From assembly GCA_030704615.1 (NCBI GenBank), contig CM060734.1, positions 47,988,001-48,052,000 of the forward strand: 64,000 nt of DNA. Direction: 5' to 3'. The stretch is from Takakia lepidozioides. Taxonomy: Eukaryota > Plantae > Bryophyta. Positions 61,691 to 64,000 of this stretch are shown piece by piece. Positions within the stretch are counted from its first letter, which is position 1. Every line of letters begins with the position of its first letter. Both the position numbers and the translations under genes were made by a program. The notes beneath the pieces were generated by a model, which did not search any database, was not told where the DNA came from, and saw nothing but the letters and a program-made list of their open reading frames with translations.

Positions 61691-64000
61691 CTGTCACGCA
61701 AGAGGTGTGGTATCCAATGACGACAACTGAGGTGGTCCTAGTGCAATCACTGCATTCTCCTTCTCTCTTGATGGTACGAAGGCCTCTACCCAGGCTTGTT
61801 GCACCCGTCTATCAGCAGCCTGCTGCAAATCCTTTCTCGTACCCCACAATGGAGTGTGAGCAACCATGGCAGACAACTCCGCCGTACCATGCATGTCATC
61901 TTGCTCTGCTAGAGGTGGCTCATCCTCTGCATGGGCATTGCCTTCCAGCGACTCTCCAGGCCAACTAACTGCAGCTGTGAAGGCGACTAGTGTTGGCATC
62001 TTGCCCCGCTGGGCAGCAGCAGCACCCCCAATGAATGTCACAGGGAGCTGTACACGACGACCATCCCCTGACTGCCATCCAGGCCTGTAGGATGCTGACT
62101 CCTCCCAAAAATCGAGGGTGAAGCCCATAGGATATAACACTGCCCCACCAATGAGGACATCGTAAAAGATCGCATCTGTCACGATGGCCTTGGCTCGCAT
62201 GCCTGAGCCATCTATAGGATGATCCAGTTGTAGTCTAATGGCCAACTCACGCCGTGTCATGCCCCGAGCCTGCTCTGATCCTCCCAGAGATGTCTGTATC
62301 TGGAAAGGACAAGGCTCCATATCCGCCTCCATGAGGCCCAAACCTGCAATAGCAGCTCTGCCCAACATCAGTGGCTGAGCTCCCGAGTCCAACAAGACCC
62401 GCAGTGGCCGTTACCTCTTGCCTGCCGGTCCATTCAAAGAGAAAATGTCATCCTGGTTGTCTAACAAGACAACTCCAGGTGTCACCATGGCGCGCTCAAA
62501 GGCTGGCCTAGCTGGCAGCTCTGTCAACCTGGCAGCTGCAGCTTGCCATGGCGCAGCCGTGGCAGTCTTGACCCTCAAATCTGAGGATTCCTCTGCCACT
62601 ACACCTTCCACCAACTCTGCAGAAGATGAAGTGACCTCCCCACTCTAGCAGAGTGTTGCTGCTAGTCTGAACACTGCAGCTGGTCTTACCCCCGGCGTCG
62701 CGATCATGGTTGCCGAGAACAGTGGGGCTTGACACACAGAGGTGGCTGCCCCCAACATCACATTGGCTGCACTAGCCTTGGCAGCAGGTGTTAGTGCTGC
62801 ACATGTAGCTCTCCCCAATGGCACAATAACGACCTCTGTATTTGTCGGGCGAGAACTAGGTGCTATGGACTGTCTCCCCCAAGATGAATGATTGAGGCAA
62901 CCTAGCCTGACGGCTTGCCTCCCCACGCTGTGGATCTAACTCCACCTCTGCACCTCGTGGCTCAGGAACTCGTGTTGCTCCTCGAGTGACAGCTGCAGCA
63001 GACTCCACCTGCACTAGTGGTAGTGCAGCCCCACATATAAATCCCATGCCTCCCATGTCTCCTCCGTCAGGATGACGCTGCTGAGGAGGAACATGAGGTG
63101 GACCCTCAAGTCTTGGAGCTGGTACCACCTGAGCTATGGCCATGGCATCAAGCCTTTGCTCTAGTTGCTGAAGCCGGTTGGCCATGCCTTGATCAACGCC
63201 CTGACCTCCACGTCCTTGGCCATACTGTGCTTGCCCTCTTCCTACACCTTGTGCCTGACCACCTCGTCCTCTTTGAGGTGCTCTACCTTGCCCTCGGCCA
63301 CCATTGTTCCCTTGGAACTGGCCTTGCCGCAACTCAGGGTGCAAGTCATAACACTAGGCATCTCCATGCCCATACTTGCCACAATGCCCACACTGCAACT
63401 GTGTAGGTTGTGCTTGTGTCGGCCTTTTGCCACTCTTTGGGCAATCTTTCTTGACATGGGGTCCTCCACATGTCCAACATATCACCCCTGGTTGTTGTTG
63501 GCTTGCAAAAGATGCTACTGACCTCTGTACTTGAGGTCCCCTGTAAGCTCCATGGAATTTGGGTTGGGAAACCTTGCCCCCCTGACCACGCTGTTGGGCA
63601 GTCCCTTGTGCCTGTGGGCTGGCAGCTGCGCCTCGTGCAGGCATGTCCTTGCCAAATCCAGTGGTAACAACTCGCTCCTCCACCATGTTGAGCTCAATCC
63701 GCTCAGCCAGCAGAAACACATCTGCTAATGTGGGTTGGGCTGCTTATAACAGGGTTGCATCCCGCACCCTTTCTCCTGAGCTCCTTGTCCAAAATTCTAT
63801 AGCAGAACTGGATTGCCTGAGCTTCAGTAACCCCTTGGGTCACACTTATCAAGCGCCTCATACGAGTGTAGGCCTCTCGCAGGCTCTCACTGGATTTGCG
63901 CTGGAAGTCTTCACTAGAAGCATTCGTGTCATTTACCACTAGGGTAACGACTCATTTTGAGTCGTAAAAGTCAAAAAAATGGGATCGACTGGAAGTTACA

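Larger units (their letters stand above)
56482..63911 (-). mobile_element. Decayed Ty3/Gypsy element with order gag-PR-DNMT-RT-RH-INT-PHD; 5' part interrupted at ~63912
   Basis: CCHC gag (63.0-63.9 kb), LDSGA protease (61694-62395), C5-MTase (60400-61690), RT/RH (58892-60274, YIDD), integrase (57700-58846), PHD (57268-57415), PPT ~57015-57024, 3' repeat 56482-57014. Confidence 0.93.

Noticed and set aside
63912-64000. Possible CACTA element start interrupting gag
   Set aside because: CACTA occurs at both 63912 and 63937 and the partner TIR is outside the window.

Overview
Eukaryotic, spliceosomal-intron-containing plant DNA. PLS-class PPR-DYW genes together with ciliary genes suggest a non-seed land plant with flagellated sperm (hornwort-like; inference). 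Most of the window is transposon debris and pseudogenes. It contains gag-only Gypsy remnants (1-4900), a hAT element nested in another TIR element (9.3-12.3 kb), three disrupted PPR genes mixed with captured fragments of CPN20, ABCG, MAPK15 and possibly MCCB, and an apparently intact canonical Cdc25-type phosphatase gene (21.4-24.2 kb, minus). A CFAP100-like gene (about 26-49.8 kb, plus) is disrupted by LINE, SINE-like and LTR insertions. There is also an F-box pseudogene and two Ty3/Gypsy elements. Main observations: (1) both Gypsy elements, which have unrelated LTRs, share a permuted end structure (B-PBS...PPT-A-nn-B-A), as expected if integration occurs from a 2-LTR circle cut at an internal CA-nn-TG att site; (2) the second Gypsy element encodes a C5 cytosine DNA methyltransferase between protease and RT, and a PHD finger after integrase; (3) a bona fide Cdc25 in a land-plant context.
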